From: Mantamonas sphyraenae STR306
Taxonomy: Eukaryota; Protista; CRuMs
Length of the DNA stretch: 64,000 nt
Direction: 5' to 3'
Assembly (NCBI GenBank): GCA_026936335.1
Contig: JAPMXV010000034.1
Span: 496,001 to 560,000, forward strand
The position numbers and the translations under genes were made by a program. Of the stretch, positions 1-11,087 are shown one piece after another (the stretch's first letter is position 1; each line of letters starts with the position of its first letter). Below the pieces are notes generated by a model. It searched no databases. It was not told where the DNA came from and saw nothing but the letters and a program-made list of their open reading frames with translations.

Positions 1-2062
1 TGATGCGCGTGCCCATAGGATACAAGATGGACGGCGGCCCGCTCCCACACGTCTCGTACAAGTACAGCTTGAACCACGCCGACGTGATTTCTGGAATCGG
101 AGGTCCAAAGTGGTATGGTTGACAGCATGTGATGGTCTGCGTCTCCATCGTGATGGGTGCCATGCTGATCAGGATGGAGTACTTGGAATTCAGCACACGC
201 AAGCGCGTCAGCTGGTCCAGCGTGTTCAGTGACTCGCAACGGATCATGTCCACGCCACCGTCGCTGTCATGCACAGCCACCTCTGAGTTGCGCCTCAGGA
301 AGCGCAGCGTGTCTCGCAGCACCACTGCGTGTTCAAAGTAACGTTTTGCTTCCCCCTCAGCAATCGCCTCCACATTGTCAAGCTCTCCCAAGAACGAGTC
401 CAACGACTCGTCTGCAAGTTTGCCCACCTCAAACATCGTCACTGCATGACTTTTCAGTCCCTGCGACAGGTTGCCCATCATCAGGAACGCCGTCAGCGTG
501 CTGTCAAAGAAGAACCCGATGCGCTTGCTGTGCGGCGAATCGTTCAGTTCGCTGGCCAGCGCCGACGACGAAGGAGACGATGAAGCTGATGAAGACGAGT
601 CGACTCGCGCTGTGCGTTCCTTGCCTGCGCCAGGGATGTCGTTGTGGCTGTATGCGCTCTCCTCCTTGATCACGACAGTGCGTCCGATCCACGACGAATG
701 CCACCTGTCCACAACAGACGCATCCACCAGATTTTCCGGATCCAAATCCTCCAGATTTTCACCCACGTTCTTCTTGTAGGCAAATCCCAGGCGTACATAC
801 AGCGACACGGCGTTCTGCACCAACGCCATGTCTGTTTCCAGTACCGACGCAAGCTCGGCGATGGGCGTGCGTTCGTCCAGCGACACAAACAACTTGTAAA
901 GCAGCTTTTCCAGCGGGTCACCGCCCACACGGTTCATCACAAAGCCCTCCAGGGGCGGCACTGCGCGCAGAGGTGTTCAGGTGGTGTCAGCATTCGTGGC
1001 ATCAGATTGGGAAGCAATGCGCGTTTTGCTTCAACGCAGTTATACACACAATTGCACATCCAGGGAGAACGGGGAGAGTGCTGCACGTACCGACAAAGCA
1101 GTCGTCGCCGTCAATGGGAATGTCGAGGAAAATGAGGCCCTTTCTGTACAGGGAGTGGACCACACGGTGTTCAAAGGTGCCTGCTGCGCGTGGACCTCCA
1201 TCAATGAGGGCGTCGATAACTTCCTTCTCTGCGCGTGTGCACGCTTTGACGTCCTCCTCGGTGACAAACCCGATGTTGACAATCCACCAGTGGTAGATGG
1301 GCACTGCAGCGACCACTGTGGGCAGCAACGACTTGTTCACGCTGCGTTTCTTCTTCCACACTTGCCATGATTTGGACGCCCGTGCGTTGTTCATGATTTC
1401 AATGTACTGGTTGCGGCCGATCTTCAGCAAACGCAAGCCTGCGAACAACAGAGTGAGCAACCATCCTATCCGCACACCCACTCATTCCCTGTCTGCACAA
1501 ACACCGCCTTGTTGGCTGGGTACGTGCTCATCACCTACAGTCGGCGGCCGTAAAGTTGGGTAGCGAGTCGTAAGAGCGTTCTGTGCACGGCGGCAAACGG
1601 AGGGTCAGCGATTCGAAGCGAGGCAGCTTTCCTTCGCGCTCGACACACCTTCTTTCATGATGTCCATCATCATGTCCATGTAGTACTTGAAGGGCGTGAT
1701 GCGCAGTCCTCGCACAACCACGTCTGCGAGATGGTACGGGTACAGCTATGCCGCGTGGGGTGCGTGTGAGGTGAGAGGGGAAACACACAACGCGGGCTCT
1801 CACACTCTGCACCTACCATCAAATGCGTGCGTGAATGCTCCATTAGCTGCTGGTAGTATGTGCGCTCGTCTGGAATGATGTCTTTGATCACGTTGTCTGC
1901 CCACCGAACCTGGTTTTCCAACGAGAACTGATGCACAAGTCCCGTCCACGTCTCACGAGAGTTTCCCATGGCCTGACGCACATTCGACGGCAGATTCTGC
2001 CATGTGACATTCTGTCGAATGTACGGGTATACAGTCGCCTCGAACGAACCGCCCGTGCTCAT
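1..2062 (-). CDS. FAM91A1: FAM91A1 homolog (endosome-to-Golgi tethering complex); 3' end runs off the window
   Basis: ATG at 2062 and four GT-AG introns. The spliced product contains the FAM91 motifs [49 protein letters not shown] and KRIGFFFDSTLTAFLMMGNLSQGLKSHAVTMFEVGKL. Confidence 0.93.
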
Positions 2063-2118
2063 CGTCTCTCGCTCTGGATGCGACTGCGCAGCTGCCGCGC
2101 TCGCCAATCCAAACGATC

Positions 2119-4058
2119 ATGTTCTCCCGTGCCACAACCTCTGCTGCACCTAAAACCCTGCTCGCTGCACGATCCGTGGTCTACCGAGGCGTGGCCACCG
2201 TGACTCCTTCGCGTCTGCAGACGGCTTCCTCCGCGAAACGCGAGCGCCCCAAAGGCCGACGACGCCAAAAAGTCGCCGCCAACGCCGCCGAATCGGGAGG
2301 CACAGATGCATCACCGGCCTCCCACGCTGCAGGAGGCGTCGACGGAGGTGGTTTGGAGAGTCGAAACCCCATTCCATGGACACATCCGGATTATTACGAC
2401 GAGGCAAAGCTGGAGAGGGTGGGTTGTCGCGTGTGCCCCTACGCTCGATTCCCTCACATGGCAACCGCTCACCCTTTCTCCCCTCTTCCCTGCCTCTCTT
2501 TGCCTTCCCCGCCACCCCTCCCCCTCTCCCTCCACCGCTCGCACAGGAGCTGCGCCGTGTGTTTGACATTTGCCACGGGTGCCGCAAGTGTTTCAACATC
2601 TGCAACAGCTTCCCGACCCTGTTCGACCTGATCGACGAGAGCAAAACACACGAACTGGACGCTGTGCCCAGCACCGAATTCAAAGCCGTGGTGGACGAGT
2701 GCACCCTGTGCGACCTGTGCTACAACATCAAATGCCCCTACACCCCTCCGCACGCCTTTAACATCGACTTTCCCGCACTCATGCTGCGCTACAGGGCCCA
2801 GGAGAACGCAGTGCGCAACAAGGCAGCCATCGAAAAGGTTGGCCAACACATGATTGACTCGTCCAAGGCAGACGAGCGCATGAAGATCAGCGAGGGCGGC
2901 ATGGAAGGGTTTGGGTTCAACGACACCGAGGAGGGTCTGGATAGGTCGCTGAAGCTACAGGAGCCCAGCATGGCCCACCGACTCATGACCAACACCGATT
3001 TGGTGGCCGGAGTGGCCACCAAGGCATCCTACTTCACCAACGTGGCCCTGTCCAACAAGTTGGTGCGTCAGATCATGGACCGTGCAATGGAGGTGCACCA
3101 GAACGCCAAGCTGCCCACGTATGTGCCCTCGGATCACACGTTTGTGAGCTCGGTTCAAGATCCGCCGGCGCATCACCCCAAGATGCGTGTGAACGAAAAG
3201 GGGCCGTTTGCAGGGAAAAAGGTTGTGTTTTACGCCACGTGTCTGGTCAACCACAGCGCACCGGACATCGGACACGCGGCCCAGTTTGTACTGTCCAAGT
3301 GTGGCGTACATACCAAGGCCGTGTATCCCACGTGCTGCGGCATGCCTCAGTTTGAGCAAGCCGACTTTGGTGCCGTGACAACCAAGGCCACCAAGGTGGC
3401 GTCTGTGCTCAATCGCTACGTCGACGAAGGCTACGACGTGGTTTCCCTTACGCCGTCGTGTTCACTCATGCTCAAGCACGAATGGCCTCTGCTGCTGCCG
3501 GATTCGGACCAGGTGGCCAAGCTGGCCGAAAACACGTACGACATCAGCGAGTATGTGGTGGCCATGGCACGTGAGGCAGGTCCAGAGTTTCCCAAGGTTC
3601 ATCCTCTGCCTGGATCCGTGACATTGCACCACGCGTGCCACTCGCGCGCCCAGAACAACGGCTTCAAAGGTCTGGAGCTGATGAAGCTCATTCCAGACAC
3701 CGAAGTGAGCATTGCCGAACGCTGCAGCGGCCACGGAGGCTCCTTTGGCGTGAAGAAGGCAACCCATATGAGTGCCATGAAGGTGGGCAAACCCGTCATG
3801 CAACAGGTGGTCCGCAACCACGAAGCCAGCAGCCAAAAGGCGGGCGCCAAACCCTACTTGTATGTTTCCAGCGAGTGTCCACTGGCAGGGCAACACATCC
3901 ACGCGGGCACCCGCGATCTCAACGCAAACGTGGCCGATTTTCTTGTTCAGGCTCGTCACCCCATCGAACTGTTGGCGGCAGCGATGCGAGATCCCCCACC
4001 CGAACCACGACGCGATGACGACCTGGATGACGACGAGATTCCGCCCATGCTTCGATGA
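2119..4058 (+). CDS. Fe-S oxidoreductase (GlpC/HdrD-like: 2x[4Fe-4S] plus CCG domains), rubrerythrin-associated RFO type, with predicted mitochondrial presequence
   Basis: Exons 2119-2418 and 2547-4058. Cys motifs CHGCRKCFNIC and CTLCDLCYNIKCPYTPPH, then TCCGMP, HHACH, RCSGHGGSFG and SECPLAG. The N-terminus MFSRATTSAAPKTLLAARSVVYRG is R/S/T/A-rich with no acidic residues. Confidence 0.88.
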
Positions 4059-4148
4059 GAAAAAAATGAAAATGGCATGGAGCATTGTGGCCCAAATTGA
4101 GTGGAAAGCACACGCACGCGGAGGCAAGCACACAAACGACACGCACAC

Positions 4149-5664
4149 ATGGTCAACAGCGTTGTGTTGGAAGAAACCGGTGCGCAGCAGCGGTTTGAGA
4201 AACTTCTCTTGAGTCATGGCGTCAAGGCAATGGAGACAGGCCTTGTGGTGGGCCATGTGAGTGACAACAAGGCATGGGTGGTGGATCTGGTGCGCACGCC
4301 GCGAGAGGAAGGAACACCCGCACTTGCCGCACCCAAGTCGACCGCACCACGCACGGTGTTGGACAAAACGGACGTGGAGTGGATGTGTGCACACACGGGC
4401 GCCCTCAAGAACATGCTCCCGGGCGGCCTCGACGTCATCGGCGTCTATGTGTACCTGCCGGCAGATGCAGCCGTGACGGAATCGCCGCACCTGCTCCAAT
4501 GGCTGTCCGGCGTGGCCGAGGACTTGGACGAACGACCGGAACACTTGATGGTGCTTACCCTCAGCGCATCTAAACAGCGCGTGTTTGCACACAAGCACCT
4601 GAGCGCGGCGCCCAGCAAGCACAGCGCGGTGGAGGTCAAAGTCCAGCGCTTTGTGGACCGCTTTGTGCAGTTGCAGTGCACGTACACAGCTCGCATGAAC
4701 ACGTTTGTAGGCATGCCCGGCACAGCTGCCTCGGCTGCTCTTGCCGTGGAGGCTGCAGTCGAGCAGGAGAGCACACGCATCCGAAACGCTGCCGTCCGCC
4801 TCGACGGACACTTTGTTCTGGATGCATCTGCGCCCGCAGGCTCGCTGGCAGGCGGTAACAATGCAGGGTCGTCCTCTTCCAAGGGCAAGGGTGGCGGGAA
4901 AGCTGGCAAGGGCAAGAACAGGGACGACGGGGAGAGCGTTCCGATTGCAGCACAGCTTTTCCTGCCCCTGGCAAGCGGCACAGACAACAGGCTCAACTTG
5001 GACAGCGGTAAAAGCAAGGGATGTGTATCTGTCGTCTGGCCCGTGACTGTCGCTGCGCGTGCGTTTGTCCATGAAAAGAGCTCGGTGGGCGAGGCTGTGG
5101 CGGCTCTGAAGCGGGATATTTGCCAAAGCTTGGCTGTGCGTGTGGCCATGCTGCGCGACGAAGGAAACCAGCTGGTGGAGGATGGTGGTGATGCAAAGCG
5201 CACCATCGACGGGTCGGAGACTGGTGGAGCCTGGTTGCCTCCGCGGCGAGTCTTTTACGCGTACCACGGCCCCTTGTCCTTGTGCGACTATGTGATGCCC
5301 GGAGACAGCCGAGACGAGGTGCTGGAACGTTTGCGCACTCTTGCAGACATGGACGTGACTGAGGACGCGCTGCAAGAGGTAGAGGCGTTGCCGACGCTCA
5401 AGGTGGACGACTATTTCACTGTTCAAGAGCAAGAGAAGGCTGCCGGCAAGGGCAAAGGCAAGGGCAAGGGCAAGGGCAAGGGCAAGCAAGCAAGAAGCTT
5501 CATCTTCATCTGCAACTGGGGCGTCGTCTTTGTCGTCGTCGAGTAAGCCGAGGCCAAATGTGCCCTCGAAAGACAGTGTGTTTGCAGTGGTGTTGGCCGT
5601 AGTTGTGGTGCTCATCCTGCTGTTGATCTACCGCCTGCAGCATCCAGAGGAGTCGAGTGTGTGA
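4149..5664 (+). CDS. ODR4: ODR-4 homolog (ER tail-anchored protein); frameshift near 5485 separates the C-terminal TM anchor
   Basis: Motifs GLVVGH, EWMCAHTGALKNMLPGGLDVIGVY, LKRDICQSLAVR, LPPRRVF and LCDY. The hydrophobic tail VFAVVLAVVVVLILLLIY-stop(5662-5664) lies in the +1 frame after the GGCAAG repeat. Confidence 0.82.
5445..5486 (+). repeat. (GGCAAR)n hexamer repeat encoding poly-GK
   Basis: Seen directly; the ODR4 frameshift is at its 3' edge. Confidence 0.85.
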
Positions 5665-5668
5665 GCCA

Positions 5669-6982
5669 TCAGCGCGAGGCGTGGGTCTGTTCCGCGAGCC
5701 AGTGGATGAGCCTGATTTCGGCTTGGGTGGTCTCGCTGACGTGGAACACCTGCATGTGCACGTGAGTGCCGTCAACAGACAGTTTCCCCACAAAGCGATA
5801 GGGTGTGTTCGGCTTGACATGGGTCAAGGAGAGGCCTGCGTCGTCGTCTGCATCCATGGCCAGGTACATCACGTCCAGGAGGGCTTGAGCGCGTCCAACG
5901 TCGTGAATACACGTACGCACAGTTCCATCCTGGTAGCTCTGTGCCTTTCGTTTGACCACACCCACCAGTTCCACAAGCTCAAGATCGTTGCCTCGTCCTC
6001 CCTGGGCCCGGATGCGTGCTTGCACGTCGTCTGCATCCACGTTCTTGATGCGCATCGTGTGGATGGCTTGAGCCATCCCGGCTCCCGAGCGCCCGTCTGC
6101 CATGCACAACACCATGTGGTCGTCCGTCTGCATGGAGTTGCTGGTGCTGGACGACGACGTCGACGACGACGTCGAGGTCGGGCCGGATTCCTTTGCCTTG
6201 CGTCCCTTGCGTTGCCGTTTGGGCATGGGTTCCATTCTCGACAGGTCTCCATGTCCGTTTTCATCCAGAGAGAAGGTCATTTGGCGGTATTCACGCTTGC
6301 GGGATCCGCCTTTGTAGCTGGCATTGTCCTGCTGCTCCTCGCCGTACGGCAAGCGCTTTTGGGCGTACGAATGGTGCTGGACGTTTTGATTCCCCTGCTG
6401 CTGCTGTTTTTGGTGCTGTTGCTGATTCTGATGCTGAAGATGGGGCATGTCATGGTGACCACGGCCGTATGCCATCTGTCCAGACCAATCGCCACCATGT
6501 TGATACGGCTGACTGTGGCCATAGACCTGCATCGCAGACATGTTTTCGCGCATTGCTGGCTGATACCGGCTCTGTTGAAACTGCAGTTGCTGCTGATGCT
6601 GTTGTTGTTGCTGTTGTCGAGGTGGGGGCGGAGGAGTCTCGAACCGATGCTCCTGCTGTCCGTATGACATGCTTGATGAGGACGACTGTCCATGTTCATA
6701 CTCGCCTCCAAAGTAAGGGTTGGAACCATACTCACCTGCGGCGTGCAGGTGAGTCATTTTCAAAGCCTCGAATCCTGATTCAATTCGAGCAAACTCGGGC
6801 ACGCCTTGCGGTGCGTGCAATCTCATCGGCGCCTGCTGCTGCTGCTGTTGCAATGGCAACATGCCGTACCTGCCATCATCTGGCATGAAGGACGACTGTC
6901 GGTTTGTGTTCCCTTGCACCCTTTGCGGTGTCTGCGAGGAACTGGATCCGTCAAAGTTGGCAAATCCGGAAAAGAAACTCAT
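5669..6982 (-). CDS. Q-rich disordered N-terminus plus C-terminal OB-fold; SPATA22/RPA2-like ssDNA-binding protein
   Basis: Single 437-aa ORF. The C-terminal ~140 aa (LVELVGVV...LDVMYLAMD...YRFVGKL...MQVFHVSETTQAE) has an RPA2-family OB strand pattern and no C-terminal winged helix. Confidence 0.6.
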   Translation of the reverse strand: MSFFSGFANFDGSSSSQTPQRVQGNTNRQSSFMPDDGRYGMLPLQQQQQQAPMRLHAPQGVPEFARIESGFEALKMTHLHAAGEYGSNPYFGGEYEHGQSSSSSMSYGQQEHRFETPPPPPRQQQQQQHQQQLQFQQSRYQPAMRENMSAMQVYGHSQPYQHGGDWSGQMAYGRGHHDMPHLQHQNQQQHQKQQQQGNQNVQHHSYAQKRLPYGEEQQDNASYKGGSRKREYRQMTFSLDENGHGDLSRMEPMPKRQRKGRKAKESGPTSTSSSTSSSSTSNSMQTDDHMVLCMADGRSGAGMAQAIHTMRIKNVDADDVQARIRAQGGRGNDLELVELVGVVKRKAQSYQDGTVRTCIHDVGRAQALLDVMYLAMDADDDAGLSLTHVKPNTPYRFVGKLSVDGTHVHMQVFHVSETTQAEIRLIHWLAEQTHASR

Positions 6983-7023
6983 TCCATTGGCAACTCCCGC
7001 GCGATCCCACTCTGTTTGCTTAT

Positions 7024-10000
7024 CTACTCAAACGTCACCGTCCAGTCCTCAGTCACTGGCACGTCGGGCTTGCGCACAGTGAGCGTCTGCGATGCGCTCT
7101 TAAAGACAAAGTCGAGCTGCGTGGAGCCCACACGAACGGCCTTGGGCGGCTGCTTCATGCCAATAATGACCAGGCGTTCCACAACGACGGGTGTTTTGAA
7201 GACGCCGTTGGCGTCCGCCGTGACACTAGTCAGTGCGCCGTTGCCAAAGGCAAACTTGCGGCGCAGGTACGCATTGTTGGCCTCGTGTTCAAACGAGTGG
7301 CCGTCGTCCATGTACAGCTCGCCCTCTGCCTTGCCGTTGTTGTCCAAAGCCACAACCAGCGTGAGCGGGTCGTTGTGTGACAGAGACGAGGCGCGGCGGA
7401 TGCGCTCGCGGCGCGGGATGATGGAGCCGCCACGCTGGAGCACCGGGATGCCCTGGTTCATGGCACAGGCCATGGTCACCGTCTGGCCGCCCTCGTAGCG
7501 CGTGTGTGTCTTGTAATCGTACCACGGCTGAGCGCCAGGCAGGACCACCTGCATGCTCGTCACTCCCGACGCAGTCACAGGCTTCACCAGCAGGTCGCTG
7601 CCAATGAGGAACTGGTCTTCGATGGTGAATGTCACCGACTCGGTGGGGTACTCAAAGAACAGCGGGCGCATGACAGGCAGGCCTGTGCGCGAGGCCTCCT
7701 CAAACACAGTGTACCAAAACGGCAGCAGGGCATATCGAGTGCGCACCGCATCGCGGATGATGTTCTTGTTCTCCTCACCATACAACCATGGCTCCCTGCG
7801 CTTGGTGTCCAAGTGGCCGTGGGCGCGGAAGAAGGGCTGGAACACTCCAGCCTGGTACCAACGCAGCAACAGCTCCACCTCGGGGTCGCGGAAGAAGCCA
7901 CCCACATCGGCGCCGACAAAGCTCAGACCAGCCACGTTGAGGGACAGCAGCATTGGGTTGGAAGCCTTCAGGTGGCCCCACTCGGCCTTGTTGTCGCCGG
8001 TCCAGATGGCGCCGTAGCGTTGGGAGCCGGCAAAGAAGGCGCGGGAGAGGACAAAGGGACGGTCAGCGTTGTCCGAACGTGCCAGATGGCCCTGGTAGGT
8101 GGCCATGTGCACGTAGATGCCGTACATGTTGTGCACGTCGCGGTGTTCGTGGTTGTTCATGTGGATCATGTCGCGCTGCATCGACACCTCGGGTCCGTTG
8201 AACACCGAGGGCTCGTTCATGTCGTTCCAGGTGTACAGGGTCTTTGTGGAGCCCTGGTACTGGTCCAACGCAAACTTGGACGCCCAGTACTGGCGCATCT
8301 GCGGGTTGGTAAAGTCGGGATAGCCCGACGAACCCGGCCAGCACCAGCCCTCGTAGTCGCCGCCATCGGGCTTCTTCACGTACAAACCACGGGACTTGAT
8401 TTCGTTGTGCACGGGATAGGATGTGTCCACCTTGATGTGCGGATCCACAATCGTCACCATCTTGCGTCCGTTGTCCGCCAGCTTGTTCTGCATGTCTGCC
8501 GGCGTGGGGAACGCGGACGGGTCCCAGGTGAAGTAACGCTTGCCGTTGGTGTGCTCAATGTCCAGCCACAGGACGTCGTACGGGATGTCGTGCTGGTCAA
8601 AGCCGGCGTTGACCTGACGCACATCCTCCTCGTCCTTGTAGTTCCATCGGCACTGGTGGTACGCAATGGCAAAGTACTGGGGCAGCGCAGGCAGACCCGT
8701 CACCTGTGCGTACTGCTGCAGCGTCTCCTTGGGGCTGGGGCCCACAAACACAAACAGATCCACAATGCCGCTCTCCGAAAACCAGTGTGTGTCCACAGAG
8801 CCCGGCACGCCTCCCGTGTTCTTCTCCACGTCAATCCAAGTCTCGGCTGCGTTCAGCCACAACACGCCCACCGTGCCCGACTCACTGTGTCCCAGCATGA
8901 ACGGGATGGCGCCGTACAGGGCCATCTTCGAGTCCAGATCGTACTCAAACACGTCCAGGTTGAACAGACGGTACGGCTCAGACGAGATACCCTCGCCCCT
9001 GCACATGGTGTTGGGTGTTGTGAATGGTTTGCAGTCGATGATGCCATCACATGTGTCAGTCTCTGCAGCTGTGGGCGGCGAAAAAGTGAACGCCAAGCGG
9101 CCTCATTGACGTCATCGCCTCGCACCCAACTCACTTGGTCGCGCCCAGGGCCAGAGTGTCTGCGTGTTCGGGGATACCGTACACCTCGGCGGCCCCCGGG
9201 AAGTTGATGTCGGCTCCCACAGACGACGGGCCTGTGTGCATGTGTGTAGAGTGCGTTTTGAGGTGGGGTGTGAGAGTCGGGGCGAGCGGTGTGTGTGTCT
9301 CGTTCGGGGGCGGCTTACCTCGCGGCTTGCTGTCCGTGTGAGAGCCAAAGGTCTCTTCCCAACCTCCGTCCGGGTGTGCGTCGCCTTCAGACTCCTTTGT
9401 GCGGTAGTGCTCAAAGTTGAACAGGCCGCGCTTGCCCACAGTGAGCACCAGTTCCTTGCCACGGAACACTTCGACGCTGAAGGGCGCGTGGTTCAGGCGC
9501 ACGTGGTTGTCGCCCCACGTCACACGTGTGTACGTGTTTCCCTCGCCAGCCTCCTTGCTCAATGTCTGTGTGTGTGTACGTGTGTGTGTGTGTGTTTTCG
9601 TATGTGTGCGTTGTTCGTTTGGGCGTTGTGTCAGGTGTGCCGATCGAGGGTCGGAATCGCCCTCGTCGCATGTCCCCGTCGCCTCCGTCTGCTCCGTGGC
9701 GAGTGCACACATCCCATCACGTACCACCGACTCTTTGTTCTCATCGATCACCACATCCTGGACGCGGTATCGAGGATGCAGGGGCTCCTTCTCGTCCACC
9801 TGGACGCGCAGAACCTGTGCGTTGAACCCAGACAACTTCAGCTGCAGCTGGGCGGCACCGTTGCTCACGTCCGCCACCAGTTCGTCGCCATTGTCATTCA
9901 GGCTGATGGTGGACGGGTCGATGACAAAGTCGGAATTGCCGTCGGCCGCCAACGCGCGGTTGCGTCGGCAAAATCCGCTCTGGTCGCAACGGATGAACTT

Positions 10001-10075
10001 GGACGCATCCACAGCGACGCATGCGTCAATCAACAACATACATGCAAACACAGCAAACACAACGCGCACCGTCAT
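7024..10075 (-). CDS. GANAB: Glucosidase II alpha subunit (GH31)
   Basis: Signal peptide followed by KFIRCDQSGFCRRNR. Introns at 9566-9724, 9232-9318 and 8999-9134. Motifs EPYRLFNLDVFEY, catalytic WNDMNEPSVF, WTGDN and PFFRAH. Confidence 0.96.
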
Positions 10076-10155
10076 TGCTCGTCGTTTTTGTTTGTTTTTC
10101 GTCTGTCCCCACTCGCGCGTCTCAGTCACCCATCCACAGCACAGCACAGAGCTGC

Positions 10156-11015
10156 TCACGAAAAGAATTTGACGCCCAATTCGTCGCCGGATGCAGTAAA
10201 CACCTCTGCGTGGCCCTGAGACACGAGATAGTCCAAGGCAAGGCGAAACGTCGTGTCGTCCAGGCCGTAGAACTCGGCATCGGTTGTGTCGTCACCTTGC
10301 AGCAGCTCGTACACTGTGTACACGCCGTCCATCATTCCATTTTCCTTGGCATAGTCCAGCACCAGGTTGCCCCACTGCGCTGCCGTCCTCCACATGATCG
10401 AACATCTCTCCTTGCTCGATGTGTCGTGCCACTCAACATTCCCATCCTCGGCCAGTGCCTCCAGCATCACCAGCACATTTTCCTTTGACAGCGACCCTGT
10501 GGAGCGATGGAAAGGCAAGGATTGTGTGATGGGAAAAGGTGAGTGAGGGCTGTCGGGTTTGTTGGGAGCGTGCAAGTGGACCTGTGGACATGTGTGCAGC
10601 GTTGTGCTGTGCTCTGTGTGTGTGTGTGTGTGGCACTCACTGCCAATCGACTTGTTGTTGAACAAGGGCGTATCCACAATGTCGGCCACGTCAATCTGTA
10701 CAAGGTTGTGGTGTTTGCAGTACGCCAGGATCACCTCCTTCCACAGCCCAACCTGCTTTTCGCGGGTCCCCTCCACTGGCTGCAGGCTGTTTGTGCAATG
10801 AACAAACACAACATGTGCAAACACACACCAACAAACAATGAACACAACAAGCAACAACGCCGGTGCCAATTCCGACACTCGCGAGTGTAAGCACGACGCT
10901 GATTCGCCACGTCAATCGCCCTCCTTCTCGTCCTACAACACCAAACTCACGTGTAGAACGGTGCCAAGCCATGATACTTGGGGAATTCAAAGTCGTCGGA
11001 CTGTTGCGTGCTCAT
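10156..11015 (-). CDS. VPS25: ESCRT-II subunit VPS25
   Basis: Exon 1 MSTQQSDDFEFPKYHGLAPFYT splices to LQPVEGTREKQVGLW; second intron 10497-10640. Motifs PLFNNKSI, YTVYELLQGD and terminal GVKFF. Confidence 0.93.
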
Positions 11016-11087
11016 GACCGAATGGGCAAGGGTCTGCGCGCGTTGGTGTGGCGCCGCTACAGCGACAAACCTTTTTCCGCTTCCATC

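Noticed and set aside
10875-10888. Palindrome ACACTCGCGAGTGT, and a related TCTCGCGA near 14681
   Set aside because: Only two instances; not enough to call a regulatory motif.
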